Positions 1 through 14,135 of a stretch of 64,000 bases of DNA are shown in pieces; the stretch's first letter is position 1, and each line of letters begins with the position of its first letter. Made by a program: the position numbers and the translations under genes. Source of the DNA: the human T2T-CHM13v2.0 reference genome, Homo sapiens; assembly GCF_009914755.1 (NCBI RefSeq), contig NC_060931.1; one strand, 5' to 3'. Below the pieces are notes generated by a model. That model was not told where the DNA came from. It did no database searches and worked only from the letters and a program-made list of their open reading frames with translations.

Positions 1-814
1 GAATTCAATCTGGATACAGATATTGCATATAAGTAATATTATTTAAGAAGGCTATTTGTTGCTATCCTGATTAAGTGAAGACTATTTTGTCTTGCATATT
101 TAGTAGGAAATTCAATCAGTAACATAACAGATTATTTTTTTAAAAATGATGGCTTAGATTCTGATTACAAACTAAAATATCTCAAAGAAATTTTAGATAT
201 ATCTGAAGTAGATATAAAGTACAGATATTTGGCAGAATTAGATACATGGCAGAAGTACTATCTGAATGGATTCATTTTACAGACTTTATAGACTGATTTG
301 CATCAAAGCTATAAGACTATATGAAAGATAAACATTATTGAAAGACACAGTATTTGGATTTGCCACAAGTTATGGTAATTTTAACATGATTAGTAAGGTA
401 GAATTCTATCAAGTCAACTCAGTCTACATTTATAAAAAAAGATATCTAAAATGTACATGATTTTGGAGGGTTAAGGGGGATTAAAATTTTAAGTATGACA
501 AAGCTTCTGACCTCAAAAACCTTATGTTTAAGAGATAAGTATAGAAAAAACACCAAAAAAATGTGATAAATGGTAGATTCAAAATATAATAATGATATTA
601 ACAGCCTACTATTAATTATAGAAAAAATAATAAGTGACAGTAAATTAGGTTTTGTGAAACAAACAAAAAACAGTAATTAAACCCAGATACCTAAAAGCCT
701 GTACACTTAACTAATGGTCCATACTCCTTTAAAAAAAAAAGATTAATTCTGATTGGGCTGATCCTGATCTGGAAAATTAGAAAAATAAAATATAAATATG
801 TCATGAATGATAAA

Positions 815-837
815 ATATATATATATATATATATATA
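815..837. repeat. (TA)n microsatellite
   Basis: Run of tatatata. Confidence 0.9.
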
Positions 838-977
838 GTATCAAGGGTTCATGTTGGAAAAACCCTGAGTTCTTTGGTTTGTCTGAAATGTGGTTTAATG
901 GAAACCACCAAACGTAGGTTGTAGGTTGGGGATGGACCGTAGAGAGACTTTAATATCAATCTAAAGAGTACAGACTC

Positions 978-1337
<360 letters not shown>

Positions 1338-1560
1338 TTAATAAAAAAAGTGACAAGATTATACTTAATTATCCTTCTGAAACTAGCAGCCTGAGGGCCA
1401 AATGGACTCAGCTGAACAGCCAGCGACTGATGAAAGCCATTCTTCAATAAATTCAATACAATTAGGTTCCCCCAGAGTGGCACCCTTGCTTGCCACACAC
1501 ACCAGGCTAACACTGATTACGGGGCAATATTTGAGTATACGTGGTATGTGGCTGTGTATT

Positions 1561-2965
1561 TCTTTTGGGTAAATTTTATTGTGGTAAAAGCACTTACCAT
1601 GAGATATACTCTCTCAACAGATTTTTAAGTGTAGGATACATTATTGTTGAGTATAGGTACAATGTTATATGTCAGATTTCTGAATTTCTAGATCTTATTC
1701 ATCTTGCTTATCTGAAACTTTATGCCTGCAGATTAGTAACTCTTCATTTTCCCCTCTGTAAACTCCTGGCAACCACCATTCTACCCTTTGATTCCATTGA
1801 TTTGACTATTTTAGATACCTCATGTAAGTGAAATCATGTAATATTGGTTCGTCTTTGTGTGACTAGCTTATTTCACTTAGCATAATGTCCTCAAGTTCAT
1901 CCACGTTGTTGCATATTGCAGGATTTCCTTCTTTTTAAGAATAGTATTCCATTGTATGTCTACACAACATTTTCTTTATCCATTCACCTGCTGATTGACA
2001 TCTGGGTTGTTTCTATATGCTGTCTGATGTGAAAAGTGCTAAAATGAGCATAGGAGTGCATATATTTCTTTAAGATGCTGATGCTGGATCATATAGTAGC
2101 TCTGTTTTCACTTTTTTTTTTTGTAGGAACCTCCATACTGTTTTCTATAGTGGCTGTACTATTTTCGATTCCCACCGACAGTGTTCAAGGGTTCCAATTT
2201 CTCCACGCCTTCACCAATATTCATTGCCTTTGTTTTTATAATAGTCATCCTCACAAGTGTGAGGTGGTATCTCGTTGTGGTTTTGATTTGCATTTCTCTG
2301 ATTTGTGACATTAAGCATTTTTTTTTTCATGTAAGCGGTTTGCCATGTGTATGTCTACTTTGGAGAAACATCTACTCAAGTCCTTAGCCCATTTTCTGAT
2401 CAAATTTTTTGGTTTGTTTTACTATAGAGTTGTAGGAGTTCCTTACATATTTTAGAGACTAACCCCGCATTTGTGGTTTGCATATAGATTAAGCCCAGAT
2501 ATATAGTTTGTAAATATTTTCCCCCATTCCACAGGTTGTCTTTTCATTCTGTTGATTGTTTCCTTTGCTCTGTAGAAGATTTTTAGTTGACATAGTGCCA
2601 CTCGTTTATTTTTGTTTTCATTGACTTTACTTTTAGTGTCATATCCATGAAATCACTGCCAAGACCAATGTCATGAAGTTTTTCCCCTATGTTTTCTTCT
2701 AGGAACTTTACTGTTTTGGGTTTTACATTGAATTCTTTAATCCACTCTGAGTTGACTTTTGTGTATGGTACAAGATAAGGGCCCATTCATTATTTTGCAT
2801 GTGGATATCCAGTTTTCCCAACACCATTTGTTGAAGAGAATACCTTTCCCCATTGTGTATTCTTGGCATCCTTTTCAAAGATCAGTTATATGCATGGATT
2901 TATTCCCAGGGTTTGTGTTCTGATTTGTTCTATTCCTAGCTATACGCTTGTTTTTATTCCACTAC
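1561..2965 (-). mobile_element. Old L1 (L1MA-type) 3' portion
   Basis: ORF 2583-2786 (PYTKVNSEWIKEFNVKPKTVKFLEENIGEKLHDIGLG) is an L1 ORF2 C-terminal remnant. L1MA-type 3'UTR at the left. Confidence 0.85.
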
Positions 2966-4924
2966 CTTAAACAAAACAGATTACTATAGCTTGCTTCTTA
3001 CTGAGACCTAATTACATTCAACTCATCCCCTTGTTTTATGGGCTTGCCATAGAAGGATCACTAGGAAAGCAAAGCATGTAAGTACTTCAGCTTTACAGCT
3101 CTAGTGCATCTTAGGCTAAATTGCGATTTGTCAGTGAAGGTGAGTCCAAGAGAGGCCTGTTTTACTTCTTAAGCACCGGAACCACATAATTAATATAATC
3201 TCTATATCTTCTGATTGGATATCTATCTCATTTGAACAAAAGCAATCCTGTTTCACCCTTATCAAAAATCATCCCACTTAGATAATAAATGCTTACAATT
3301 ATATTCTTTTCATGGTTACAAAATACCACTTTGATCAGATAAAATATGCTTACTATGGAAACCTCTACAATCACCTAAACTCTACTTACCACCTGCTGTT
3401 TCACTTAGTTATGTGTTCACATTTAGGGACCTGCCTTGCAGTAGTGTATCTATTACTGATGGGACTTCTCTCCTACAAATGATCAACCTGACCATAATAT
3501 GTAAAAAATAACAAGTTTTTGGGTCAAATCATTTCCAAGTCAAAATTTTGCAAGATTCCCTTGTCATATGACTTCCATCCTCAGCACTACAATATTATCA
3601 TTAATGTTTAAATCATTGTCAAGTCTGTGATTGCCTTAGAGATTTATTAAGAATAACATGCTAGGATTAGGAAAGTTTAACTTTTTACCATCCTTAAAAT
3701 TAGATTTTTGAAAACTGTCTTATCCCCATTAAAGAAAAAAATAAAAAGGATGAATACACTCATTCTTTCCCTTCAATTTTTTGTTACATTTTTTTTTTCC
3801 TGAGTAGTTGTTTCAAATATATATAAGAGGATCTAGCTGGTCTTGGGAGGTCTGCAAAAATTTTAGAGCAGGTAATATCCAAAACTAAAGGATAAATAGA
3901 ACTTATCAGGTAAAGAAGTTTAGGAAAAGGCATTTTGGGCAGAAGGAAAGCATGTTCAATGGCAAAAGATGAGAGATCATAAAGTACATCGTAGGTTAAT
4001 ATTAGAAGAACCCTGAATTCTGTACTTTGGCTGGACTGTAAGTGTGATGTCACATATGGTACCATACCTCAACAATTAGAAATCCTCTCATTCAAAACAA
4101 TACAAACTGATAGTTGTCAGCTTGATTTTTTTAAAGTTGGCAAAGGCATGGAATTTATCATACTCTCACTTCTTAATCATAACACTGAATTATAAAACAT
4201 GAAATACACAATTTATTTACCAATCTTTTGAAATAAGAAGTCATTCTCTTTGTGTATGAATCCATAAGTTGAAGTTCTGAAAAATCTTTCTGTCATACAC
4301 CACACCCATACTGCACTATTTACCACTGCCAGTTTCAGTTTCTTTACGTTGGAATGAAAAAGATATTTGTGACCAAATCTGAGTACAGAACGATTCTAGA
4401 TTTTTACAAATTTTTCCCCAGCCTTTCACAGTTATCTCACCACATTTGACAGCCATTTAAAAAAAGAAAACTCATTAAAAGTTAGTCTTTCAAAACATTT
4501 GGCTGTTTTTTTCTTACTCATGTTTCATATATTTAATTACACTAGATTGCTACAATAATAGGTACAACTAGCATGTTTGGGAATAATCACCACTGATTTT
4601 TTAATGCAAACATTTTAGCTGGTGGAAACAAAAGTACATAGTATGACTACAGAGTAACCTTTTAGTTGTGAACATTCTAGGTCACAGACCTCAGACAAAT
4701 GTTGTACAGAGGAATAAACAGAGTGCTTGAATTAGTCAAGCTGGTCTAGGTGAAGAATCCATTTAAGACAGCATTTGTTTAGTTCCGTGTGACAGAATAA
4801 AATGCAAGATAGGCAAATGTAACCCTAGTGAATACGAGGTTGGAAAAGAGAACCAAATGTGCACTGTGTGCCAGGCTACAAAATTAGGGAGCTTACTTGG
4901 AAAATCAGTATGAACAGCGCTTCG

Positions 4925-5165
4925 GAACACAGACTCTGGATGGAGGTAAATTGCCTAGGTTTGAATGCCACCTCTCTGCTTAGCCATATGATGGTGGGCA
5001 AGTTATTTAACCACTACTTAATGATTTAATTAATTTATAATAGTGAAAAAAAAACCATACCAAAATAACCAGACTTATCTGGTTATTTTTAGGGATACAT
5101 GAGTTAATATTGTAAAGTGCTTAGGACAGTGCTTGGTCAAAATAAACACTCAATTAATGTCAGCT
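4925..5165 (+). mobile_element. MIR SINE
   Basis: agactctgga..tttgaatgccacctct..gggcaagttatttaacc..gtaaagtgcttaggacagtgcttgg core. Confidence 0.7.
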
Positions 5166-5195
5166 TTATGATTATACTAATATGATGACTGATAG

Positions 5196-5994
5196 TGAAG
5201 CCAGATATCGCCCTGACCCCTTTGCGAGCCTTGCAACAGGGGTGCCTTGCTTACTCAGCCCACAGCTCTCAACCACTTGCAGGACAGGGAGCACAGGTGA
5301 GCAGGTACAGGAGCTGGGGTGAGTACTTTTGGGTGCCAGCAGGAGCAAAACTCCATGAGGGCCCTGCAGCAGCATTAGGCAAGGGCAGTGGGGGGGATGG
5401 GGGTTGGGGGTGCCCACGACCCCTGAAGCCCCAGAAGGAGTGTTACGTATAGTAACACTTTAGTTTTGCCATTTGTGGATGGCTTAAGTGTTAACAGCTC
5501 AGTGGAGGGTCAGTGTGACAGCCTTTTGCGCCCACACTTACGGCACCCAAGTTTTTGCCCAACATCCAGGAAGAATGAGGTCAGACGAATAAACTGAATT
5601 TGGTAAATTTAGGAGCTCTCAGTGTAAAGGGGAGCTGAAAGGAGGATACAACAGGAAGGTAATCTTTTCCTGAAGTCCAGCTGTCCCCGACCAGACTCCT
5701 CTCTGAAGCTATGCCATCAAGCTGTCCCTCTGAAGTCAAGTTGCTTCTCTTCAATGGTCAAACTGTAGTCTCCAACATCCAACTGCTTCTCCTCCTCTCT
5801 ACTGGCTGAGTCCAGGGTTTTTATGGGCACATGATGGGGGATGGGGCGGGCCATGGGTGGTTTTGGAAAAGGCAACATTCAAGTGGGAAAACAGGATGTA
5901 AGTTCTCACTTTGGGCTGTGGTATCAGGCTTTGGGGCCCTCACTAGGGACCCACCCTCTTCTGCCCAGAATTTACCTGCCTCCTGTCCCTATCA
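5196..5994 (-). mobile_element. ERV1 solo LTR, MER52/LTR28-like
   Basis: Minus strand begins TGATAGGGACAGGAGGCAGG..CTGGGCAGAAGAGGG and ends ..CTTCA. 4-bp TSD atag (5192-5195 / 5995-5998), typical of ERV1. Confidence 0.85.
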
Positions 5995-7154
5995 ATAGTT
6001 TCTAGATTTACTGTTCCAAGGCATAATCATGAGTTCATATATAAAAAATACTTGGACCAGTACTTGCTATATAGTAAAAATTTTATATTCATTTTTTGCT
6101 GTTATCATAAGCAATTTAAATGTTTTAAATGAAGGAGTACTCAGATTTGCATTTCAGAAGCAACCATGCCAACAGTGAGTGGGGCAATTGGTGGGGGGGA
6201 AATGCTTCAGAAGTTATTGGTGCTGAGCTAGGATATTCCCAGGGTGAACAGGTAGAAGTAAAGTAGGAGCCAAGCCTTACTCATGCGACACAACGGTCAG
6301 TACTTGCTGCTTGGCTGGATATGTCTCATGAGCAAGAGGGAGGAGTTAAAGACATTCATCATGGATACATTTTTCTCTGCAGTTGCACTCAAATATTATG
6401 TAGTTTTTGGTTTATGGGTAAACTCAGAAAAGAAGTAAGAAATTCAGAGCAGGTATTTCTAAGAAATTCACAAAATCAGCTACAAAGGGAGGAAAAGCCT
6501 TATCTTTATAAACAGTATCTCTGCATCCAGCAACCTCAGTGTCCAGAAAAAAACTGACCCCTTTTTTATTAAGCCATCAAACTTCTCTCTCTCCTTCAAA
6601 TTATTTATAGTTTAATATCACTAAACCACGCAGGTACACTTTGAAGATCTAGGTATGAGAAGCCTGTGGAATAACTCTTTGAACATCTTTCCTTTAACAT
6701 GAACTTGCCGGATAACTGATTTAGCATTCACTCTACTGAGAAAACTCTGTATAACAAAGTTGCCTAGTAAAATCATTAGGCTCCCTGTATTGAAATGAAA
6801 AAGGCTTTGGGGATGTTTCAGACTTTTCTGTGTATACTCTTGCTTGGAAGTGGGTATATAATGATACTAAAAGTGTATTTAAAGTTCCCAAACCATGCAG
6901 CGTGAGAAAGTTACCATATCTTTAAAGAACTGTCTCTACTGTACAAAAGACAAAAGACAAACATCAATTTTTGACTAAACAGATAACTATATTTATGCTT
7001 TCAACTATTTATGCTTAGAAGCCCTTTCAGATGTGTTTGGTTTCTTTTGTGTTTTAGAAGGTTTAGATAACAGGGATAACAATGTAACAGAATAAATCTG
7101 TATCTATGAAGTAAATAACTGGATTCACAAATGAAATTTAAATTCCCAGTTCAC

Positions 7155-7600
7155 TGAATTTAATAGTTATTTATTGAGTGCCTTGTAGGTGCCATGCACT
7201 GGGATGCAAAAATGTGCAAAAACCAATACACTCTCAAGGAACTTTAAATTTAGTAGGAAAGATAGACATTAATCAAGTAATCATTTAAAAATGTAATATC
7301 ATACCCGTGGTAAAGACCATGAGAGAAAGGTACAGGAAGCCAAAAATACTTACAATAGGGGAATATGACCTAGTCTGAGATAGTGGAGAGAGCTACACAG
7401 GCAAGGAAAGCAAAGTTTCAGGCAGATTGAGAGCGTATGCCAAGATCCCGTGTTCAGAAGAAACCTAGTGCATCTGAGAAACTGAAAGGCCAGAGTGGCA
7501 GAAAGGCAAAGGCAGTAGGAACACAGTATGAAATGAGGCAGGAGTGGTGAGCTGGGACCAAACTGTGCTGTACTTTGCTGGAAGAACAAAGGATCTTAGT
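7155..7600 (-). mobile_element. L2 3' fragment
   Basis: tttattgagtgcc..gtgccatgcactggg..ctcaaggaac pattern of the antisense L2 3' end. Confidence 0.65.
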
Positions 7601-8220
7601 CCAGTGGTATTATTTAATCAATTGGTTAGGTGCCTAAATAAATAGTTTAGTCAAGATAGTTCAAACAATTGCTTATTCTGCGACAAGAGACATGAGTTCA
7701 TTTTACACAGAAATTCAGTGACTGATGGCCCTAAAATAAATACCTTATAAGCCAGACAATGTAGCATGGCAGGGTGTAATGAAGTTACATGACTTTCACC
7801 TAAAGGTACTTGAGAAAACTTCTAATGCAGTGAAAGCACGAGAACGGTGCTGTGAGATTATTCTATTTCTCCTGCCCAGGAAACATCAGGCTAGGCTATA
7901 TTAAGGTCAAATTTTGAAGAAGGAAACATTCATGTCTGCAGTCTTTTTTTGTGAACTTACTTCCCTCTCTCAGAGGCTACTCTCTGGGGTTAACAAAAAC
8001 TCTCTCCACTTTCAGGCCCTCTTGAGTTGAGCACCTCCCTATCCAACAACAACCGTCTCCCTCCATTCATCTAGCCGTTTCATCCATCTCTATCCTCTAC
8101 CTACAGTGGGCTCATAAACTCTACCTACCTTTCCCACCATTCATTAAAGTATATCTGTACTCTCCAAGAGAAGGGAAGGGATTCTTACTTCTGTGAGTTA
8201 GAAAAGCATCAGTGTTAAAC

Positions 8221-8224
8221 AGAG

Positions 8225-8256
<32 letters not shown>

Positions 8257-8286
8257 TAGACAGAGAGAGAGAGAGAGAGAGAGAGA
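8221..8286. repeat. (GA)n microsatellite, imperfect
   Basis: Long gagaga run. Confidence 0.95.
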
Positions 8287-11200
8287 CCATTAAAACAGTA
8301 AATGTGCCAAGGAAGGAGATAGAATACTACTATGGACTAAAGTTGACTAATGGAATTTTAAGTACAGAAACTTCAGTTAAGCCTAAGGTTAGGCTTAGGG
8401 AGGGAGGCTAGACATGATAGGCCATTTCAGAGTAAGCAAACCAGGCATGAAAACACAGTATACAGGAACGATGCATGCTAGGCTTGGGATGAAGCGTGAA
8501 ATACTAAGGGAAATTTTAAAGCAGCATAAATGCAACAGAGAGCATTCACAGTTAGAGCAGTGATAAAAGTAAAATTAAGAGAGCAAGATCTTAAAGAGCC
8601 CTAAAAACTAAGGTGAGAAGTTTCATTTTTCCTCTCTTGATAGCTGAGATGAACTAGAAATCTGCATTCAGCAAAGTAACCTGATGAGAGCTGCATTTTA
8701 ATCAAATTAATAAAATGAATCTTGTAGTGTTTATGTACTCATTCAATGAATATTGATTCAATTCCTACCATGTGGTCAAATGCAGTGCCAGATGCTAGGA
8801 TTGTAGACAAAACCAGGAAGGGAAATTTTCATTAATAGAAGCGTTGAATTTTGATGTAGGATGGCAACAGTGTGAAAAGAAAGGAAGAATCAGAGAGACT
8901 TTGACTTTGTTATCATATTATTACATGTTAGTCACTGAGTCAAAAGAAGGGCATCAAAGCTGACTCCACAGTTTGAAGTCTGCAGGATGAAAAATTGGGT
9001 TGTATTTGGGGGGAAGGTGATGACACTTATCTATGAAATATTGAGTTTGAAGTTGTAAGTGATTTCGTCAAGTGGAAAGGTACCATGGACAGATGAAGTT
9101 CATATGTGAGACCTGATAATTCTCTCTTCTTACTCATTATTTTTAGTTGACAACTCATAATTCTAAAACCCTGGTATTTGCGACACATAATATTATGCCC
9201 AGCCATCGGGGAAGATATTGTTGATCTAGGAGAAGCCTGTATATAAATATTCTCCCTGTATGTTAATGTTATTGTGATTGAACAGAGAATGTAGCAAATG
9301 GGAAGGCTGCAGGATGTGGGAAAAACCAAGATATTTAGAAAAGAACATTATAATTTACTCTTCAATATATGTGAAGCATATTTACAAATATATATAATCA
9401 CATATATGTATGTATATAAATGTGTATTTTTGAATGCTTTTCTACTTTTTAAACAAATGATAAAGATGAACAACCAGACATTAAAATTAGAATACGTACA
9501 CAGTTAAAAAAAGGAAATTACACGACTGAAAATGGTGTGCACTCTCATAGCCATTTACCTAAGCTATCTTGTATAGTAAGAAGTTTACATCTGAAAGACA
9601 AAAGTTACAAAAATGCATGCATTCAAATTCAGCTTTAAAAGTGAAATTAAAAATATATTACAAAATGTAAATCAAAAGGCATTAATTTATGCTAAAATTG
9701 CCTTTCCCTCCAAGGGTTTCTAAATACTCAGCAAACTTTATTTTAGCAGTCATGCTCTAATTTCAATTATGTGGAAATTATTCTATCTTCATGAACATGA
9801 AAACAGAAGAATAAATAATAAATGGCTTGTCTTTGTTTAAATAGTACATTGAAACAGTACAAATAAAAAGATTCATACCCACACATGTAAATGCTAAGAA
9901 CTCCTAATAATCCAAGTTGGCTAAAAAGAGGCTGAAACAGGAGTTTTGAAAAATTATCTGGGGGTCAGGTATCAAACTCATGGCATTGAACAGAATTGCA
10001 AATGTTTTTCCTTTCCCATTTTGACAGCAATATACCTATTCTCTGCTTCTGGCAACACAAACAACATATTTTCTCTAGCTTTACCCATATTTATCAAGGA
10101 AGAAAGAGACAACTATTACTGCTATCTACTTTAACCTGTCTAATCTTTCAATTCCTATTCAAGATTTCCTGGAAAATTCATGTATGTATTTCAAGCATTT
10201 GACGGGACAGTAAATATGTATCAAAATAATTTCCTCTACGGAAATTGCAGTAAATGCATTCAGAATTTTCTCCTTTTAAAAGGTAGAAGGAGTTCCTAGA
10301 GGAAGAAACTTCCTATAGTACATGCAATGTTTAAAAAAATATTGATCAGGCAACTACATTTCAAAGGTGTCTGTCTTGCCTTAAGTGAGAGGCTTCTTTC
10401 CAGTATCCAGTTATAATGTCAAAGGAGAAACAAATAAACAAACAAACCTAAGACAAAAAAAACAAAAACAAAAACCTCTCAAACACATTGTAAATGAAAG
10501 AAGGCGAGTTATCTATCTCCCCATTGCCCTTTTTTTAGTAGGCAATTTGGCTGTACCTATCAGAATCTTACAGCCAGTAAATTTAGAATTCTATTCAGCA
10601 AAAATAATTGCAAAACACATAAGAGCATGTGTATGAGAATGATCCTTAGAGCATACAGCCAAAAATGTAAACACAATGTAAGTGTTCAGGTAAGTAACTT
10701 AAAAATTATAATACATTCAAGCTGTGGGATGCTGGGCAGAGATAATAAATAATTAGTTAAATTGTGGTGATAATGTTTGTGATGGATCTCAGACTGGAAA
10801 TAACACATTAAAGAAAATCCAAGCTCTAGATTAAAAAACACAAACACACACACAAACAAGCATACAGGTACATGTATGTTTCTGTGAGCATTAAAAATTA
10901 TAGAAGGAGACACATTTAAAGTTTTTTTTTTTTACTTCATGGGGGTAGGATAATGGGGCAATTTTACAAAGAGAAGCCCTGATCTTTATAAAATTCAGTA
11001 TTTGGGTTTTTATTTACAATGCCCATGTAAAAACAAGAAAGCAAACACAAAGTTTGACTAAATGCCAGTGGCTTCGTGAAAAGTAGTTGCTACTTGCTCC
11101 TAAGTTGATAATCAAGGTCTACATCTAGCCTGAAAGTAAAGTAGCAACCTCTCTTACTGCTCAGGAACTGATGCCTGAGATACCCTCACAACCCACACTA

Positions 11201-11739
11201 TGAGAACTTGTGATTTTGCATCTCCTCAGCAACTACAACTTCCAGTATGCAGAATGGCAGAAAGGACACACATGGCTAGAGAGGGAATGGATAGTGGCAA
11301 ACGACATTGTGGAAGGTGGAGATCATCTCATGATAAAGACAGATGAGTGAAGAGTAGTCAAGAAGAACCCTGGGAACAATAAACTTTGGAGGTTGTAGTT
11401 TCCATGCTTTGTTGTCAAATAAAATATAAAGTCTGACTTAGGATTACTAGGATATGTTTAGTCTTTCTTATAATTAGTTAAGAGGAAAATAGGAGCAGTT
11501 TTCCCCCTTCTACCCAGGAAGGTACCAGTAGACTAATAACCACTGGGTACTGGACAATAGGTAAGAGGCTATGTACATGCCCAGCTAAAAATATGACAAT
11601 GAGATTTGATGCGCATCAAGGGACCAAAAGCAAACTAATACTTTGTTGGTTAGCAAATGCCAAGGAGCTAAATGTGAACTTTCTCAAGAATTCACAAAAT
11701 AATTGACATCCATGAAGACATTCTGCTATATAAGAGCAG

Positions 11740-14135
11740 AAAGGGGTTACCATCTAAAACATAGAAGGAACTCATACAACTCAATAGCAAAAAAAGAAAA
11801 AAGAAAAAAAGAAAAAATCTGATTAATAAATGAACAAAGGACCTGCATAGACATTTTTCCAAAGAAGATACACAGACGAGCAACAGGTATATGAGGAAAC
11901 TTCAAAAAGTTCATGGAAAATATGAATTAAAAGATAAAAATTTAAAAATGTGCAAACTTATTTCTCAACATAAGCTCCATCAAGGTTAAGGCAACTTGCT
12001 AAGTAATGATACCAGCCATTACTTGGTCTCTGAAGATCTGAGGGTCCTGGGAATTTAACCATGTCCATGCAGCTTCTTTTACACTGTTAACTGAAGAAAA
12101 ATGGGTGTCCTTTAAAATTGTTTAACGTTAGGAAACAAAAAGAAGTCAGAGGGTGCAAAATGAGGACTGTAAATTAGATGCTTAATGACTTCCCATTGAA
12201 ACTCACAATTGCCCTTGTTTGAGGAAAGAGCAGAAGCACTGTTGGGTTGGAGGAGGGATCTCAGGTAAAGTTTTCTCAGGTGTTTTTTTGCTAATAATTT
12301 GGCAAACTTTCTCAACACAATTTCATAATAAACAGATATTATCATTGTTTTGGCCCTCCAGAAAGTCAACCAGCAAAATGTCTTGAGCACTCAAAAAAAC
12401 TGTTGCCATGATCTTTGCTCTTGACCAGCCTGCTTTTGCTCTTCCTGGACCACGTCCGCATCTTGGTAGCCATTGCTTTGACTGTGCTTTGTCTTCAGTC
12501 ACACTGGTAAAGTGATGTTTCATCTTCTGTTATAATTCTTTGAAGAAATGCTTCAGGATCCTGATCTCACTCGTTTAAAATTTCCATTGAAAGCTCTGCT
12601 GTTGTCTGCAGTTGATCTGGGAGCAACGGTTTTGGCATCCATCAAATGGAAAGTTTGCTCAACTTTAATTTTCAGTCAGAATTGAGTGAGCTCAACCAAT
12701 TGCATGTGACATCTATGAAGCTGACTACCATTTCTACTATTAATCATCAGTCCTCTTCAATTAGGGCATGAACAAAATTAATTTTTCTTCAAAAAGTGAT
12801 GTGGATGGTCTGCTGCTGTGGGTTTCACTTTCAACATTGTCTTGTCCTGTCTTAAAATGAGTTACCCATTTGTAAATTGCTGATTTCTTTGGGACATCGT
12901 CCCCATAAACTTTTCAAAAAGCACCAATGATTTCATCATTCTTCTACCCAAGCTTTACCATAAATGTGATGTTTGTTCCTGCTTCAATTTTAGCAAAATT
13001 CATGTTGCTCTTTTCAAAGTGATGTCTTATTCTTCTCAATGCCTCAAACTAAGTTCTTTCAGACACATTACAGCAAGTTTAGTATGAGTTTAATTTGGTA
13101 CAATAGTTTTTGAAATATGTGCATTTTTTTTATAATACATATATTCCATGAACTTTTTGAAGACCTCCTATATGAAAACACAATCAAAATCACTAATCAT
13201 CAAGAAAATACAAATGAAAACCACAACATAGCACCTCATACCTATTAGGACGACTTATCAAAGACAAAAGATAACAAGTGTTGGTGATGGTGAGGAGAAA
13301 AGGGAACCCTTGTACACTTGGTGGGAATGTAAATTAGTACTGGTATTATGGAGAACAGAATGGCGGTTTCTGAAAAAAATTAACAACAGAACTATCAAAC
13401 AATCCAGCAATCCTATTCCTGGGTATATATCCAAAGGAAATGAAAACAGTATCTTAAGAGGTATCTGCTCCCCCGTGTTCGCTGCAGCATTATTCATAAT
13501 AGCCAAGGTACTGAAACAACTTAAGTGTCCATCTATAGATTATCAGATAAACAAAATGTGATGCACTCATGTGCACGCGCGTGCGTGCACGCACACACAC
13601 ACAAATATTATTCAGCCATAAAAAAGGAGGAAATCCTATTTGTGAGAACATGAATGAACCTGAAGGACATTATGCTACATGAAATAAGCCTGACACAGAA
13701 AGACAAATACTGTGTAATATCACTTATGTGTGGAATCTAAAATAGTCAAATTCATAGAAGAAGAGAGTAGAATGGTGGTTTCCAGGGCTGGGAGGGTGGG
13801 GGAAATGGGGAGATGTTGGTCAAAGGGTACAAAGTTGCAGTTATAAGATAAATACGTTCTGAAGATCTTATGCACAGCATGGCAACTACAGTTAATAATA
13901 CTTGTATTGCTTACTTGAAACTTATCCAGATAATAGATTTTAAGTGTACTCACTGAGGACCATCTCCCCACATACAGTAGCTATAGATAGTGACATATGT
14001 GTTAATTAATTTGACTGTGGCAATCAATATACAACATGTATGTATATCAAATCATCACACTGTACACTTTGAATGTACATAACTTTTACTCCAATTGTTT
14101 TAAAATTAAAAAATAAAACATTATACTGCAAAAAA
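11740..14135 (+). mobile_element. L1MA-type 3' portion, split by an HSMAR2 insertion
   Basis: L1 ORF2 end (YTWWECKLV..LWRTEWRFLKKIN) and 3'UTR with A-rich tail. The sequence aacaggta|ta|tgaaaa is continuous across the mariner. Confidence 0.85.
11892..13170 (-). mobile_element. HSMAR2 mariner DNA transposon, full length, defective transposase
   Basis: TIRs cttcaaaaagttcatggaa / ttccatgaactttttgaag and TA duplication, ~1.28 kb. Transposase remnants EDKAQSKQWLPR..SRAKIMATVF and YSPHFAPSDFFLFPN (YSPDLAPSD motif). ATG at 13003 is followed by an in-frame stop at 12946-12944. Confidence 0.93.

Noticed and set aside
1-6. Window begins with GAATTC
   Set aside because: Probably the EcoRI end of a genomic clone. 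Technical, not biological.
12112-13003. Possible domesticated mariner transposase
   Set aside because: Early in-frame stop, frameshifts and degenerate catalytic motifs.
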